A DNA stretch of 64,000 nt from Setoptus koraiensis. Taxonomy: Eukaryota; Animalia; Arthropoda. Positions 62,710 to 64,000 of the stretch are shown piece by piece. The position numbers and the translations under genes are program-made. Numbering within the stretch: the first letter of the stretch is position 1; each line of letters opens with the position of its first letter. The stretch covers positions 17,422,001 through 17,486,000 of the forward strand of contig CM106585.1 in assembly GCA_048013815.1 (NCBI GenBank). Reading direction: 5' to 3'. A model generated the notes under the pieces. The model saw nothing but the letters and a program-made list of their open reading frames with translations. It was not told where the DNA came from and searched no databases.

Positions 62710-62965
62710 GTTCTCGAACACTTTTACAATCTAATCAATATATAGATATATAAAGTGCAACAATTGTACATATGTAAATTCAACAGATTGCGCTTGCTAG
62801 CGTCGCGTAGTCGTCCGCTGTTGAGCCATCGACCGAAAAGAGCCATCGACCGAAAACGTAGCCTTCGTAGACTACTAGGTGTTGGAATGAATTCATTGAT
62901 TGAGTATATACAATATGAAATAATATGAAATGGTGGACATCCCGAGAAAGAGTTACAAGACTGAG

Positions 62966-63646
62966 TCATAGATCAAGGTGACCATTCTGGTTTTTTGCCC
63001 CATCACCACTAAGGTTGCTGTATTCAACAGTCAACAAACGCATTTTATCATGAACACTGATGCCAATTGCTCCAAATGTCGTGTGAAAGTCACCTACAAC
63101 CACATGCAATTCGAGCATTAGCGAGTGGACGCCCAAAAGACTACCTAACAATGTTCACATAATAACAACACCAGTTAGAAACAACAGCAACAACATAACA
63201 CACATAAATTTTAGGACGCTTCAAATATTTATTTCAACGACAGGTGTGCATGTATCAGTAGCAGAGAGCAACTAGCGGAAATGTTTCTACAAATAAAGGT
63301 GAACTAACTAACAGTGATGACGAGAATGTGGCTTGGCTCTAGCACACATGAACGTCGGATTTAGAGGAAAACTGGACACCATAACTTTGAATGTTGAACA
63401 TTATACTGTAGTAGTTGGGCAACAATTGAATGAGAATTGTTTGCTATTTGCTTATTTATTTTCAGTAATGATCAGATCGGTGTTTACTCTCTCGTAACAA
63501 CCTTGCTGCCATTTTGTCTGCAATGAAACCATACTTTGCAATACGGTGACCATCACCAACTGCATCTATCAAGTTCCATGTCCAACACAGTGGAACTGGT
63601 ACAACTGCTAGCGCTTTTAAACGAGCTGACAAACGGAAACAATACT
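62966..63646 (-). CDS. Possible last two exons (63646-63488 and 63144-62966) of an unidentified minus-strand gene
   Basis: TTCTAAC branch point and TTAG| acceptor at 63144; phase-1 compatible exon pair with open frames. I do not recognise the protein. Confidence 0.25.
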
Positions 63647-64000
63647 CTTAACACTTGTGACAACAACAATGGTATATGATGAATGTTTTTGTTCACTATT
63701 CTCTTGATGTTTTTGAGTCTGTTTCAGAATGACATTAGTTAGAGAGTGAGTCAGCATGTGTATATAGTCAAATACAACACCGAATAAGCTAATTTCAGCT
63801 AATCTAGAAACGTGTATAATATATAAGTGGCTAATTTGGATCGGGCCCAAAGCGAGAGAGGTTGGTTATAATTAAACAATCATGGGTGATATTTTCGACA
63901 AGTGTGTTCTTTCACGGTGACGCACAGCTTCCTAGAGTACTCTCTAATTGATTAGGAGTTTACAAGGAAACTTGATTGTCCAGCTGGCTAATATAGCAGT

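Noticed and set aside
1-64000. Transposable elements, tRNA, rRNA, snRNA
   Set aside because: I recognised no transposase or reverse-transcriptase ORF, no terminal repeats with target-site duplications and no structural RNA signature. Degenerate elements could be missed without a search.

Overview
Eukaryotic (arthropod) genomic DNA. The compact, intron-poor gene cluster suggests a reduced-genome mite of eriophyoid type; this is inference only. The window has two sharply different domains. (1) About 1-49.7 kb is saturated with microsatellites and short tandem duplications. It holds one very large + strand gene, a DH-PH-coiled-coil RhoGEF of the ARHGEF18/Cysts (Lbc) family. I can assemble it by hand from 7 phase-compatible coding exons (17798-49696, about 3,000 aa), with candidate extra 5' and cassette exons. 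(2) About 49.7-64 kb is more AT-rich, repeat-poor and gene-dense: Vps34/PIK3C3 (intronless CDS), LENG1, a RalGDS/RGL-family GEF apparently lacking its RA domain, RPB5/POLR2E (intronless) and a monofunctional PHM. The most unusual signal is splicing architecture. Every RhoGEF acceptor is preceded by an AG-free zone of 112-453 nt, versus 26-52 nt in the compact genes. In several of these zones the branch point and pyrimidine tract lie far from the AG, pointing to distant-branch-point, long-range scanning 3' splice-site selection. Other notable patterns are strong enrichment of TTACGTAA and ACAGGTG motifs, tandem arrays of TF-site-like words, odd-centred perfect palindromes, and large low-complexity insertions inside DH, PH and Vps34 kinase loops. 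I found no rRNA, tRNA, CRISPR array or recognisable transposon. All counts and coordinates were made by eye and should be recomputed.
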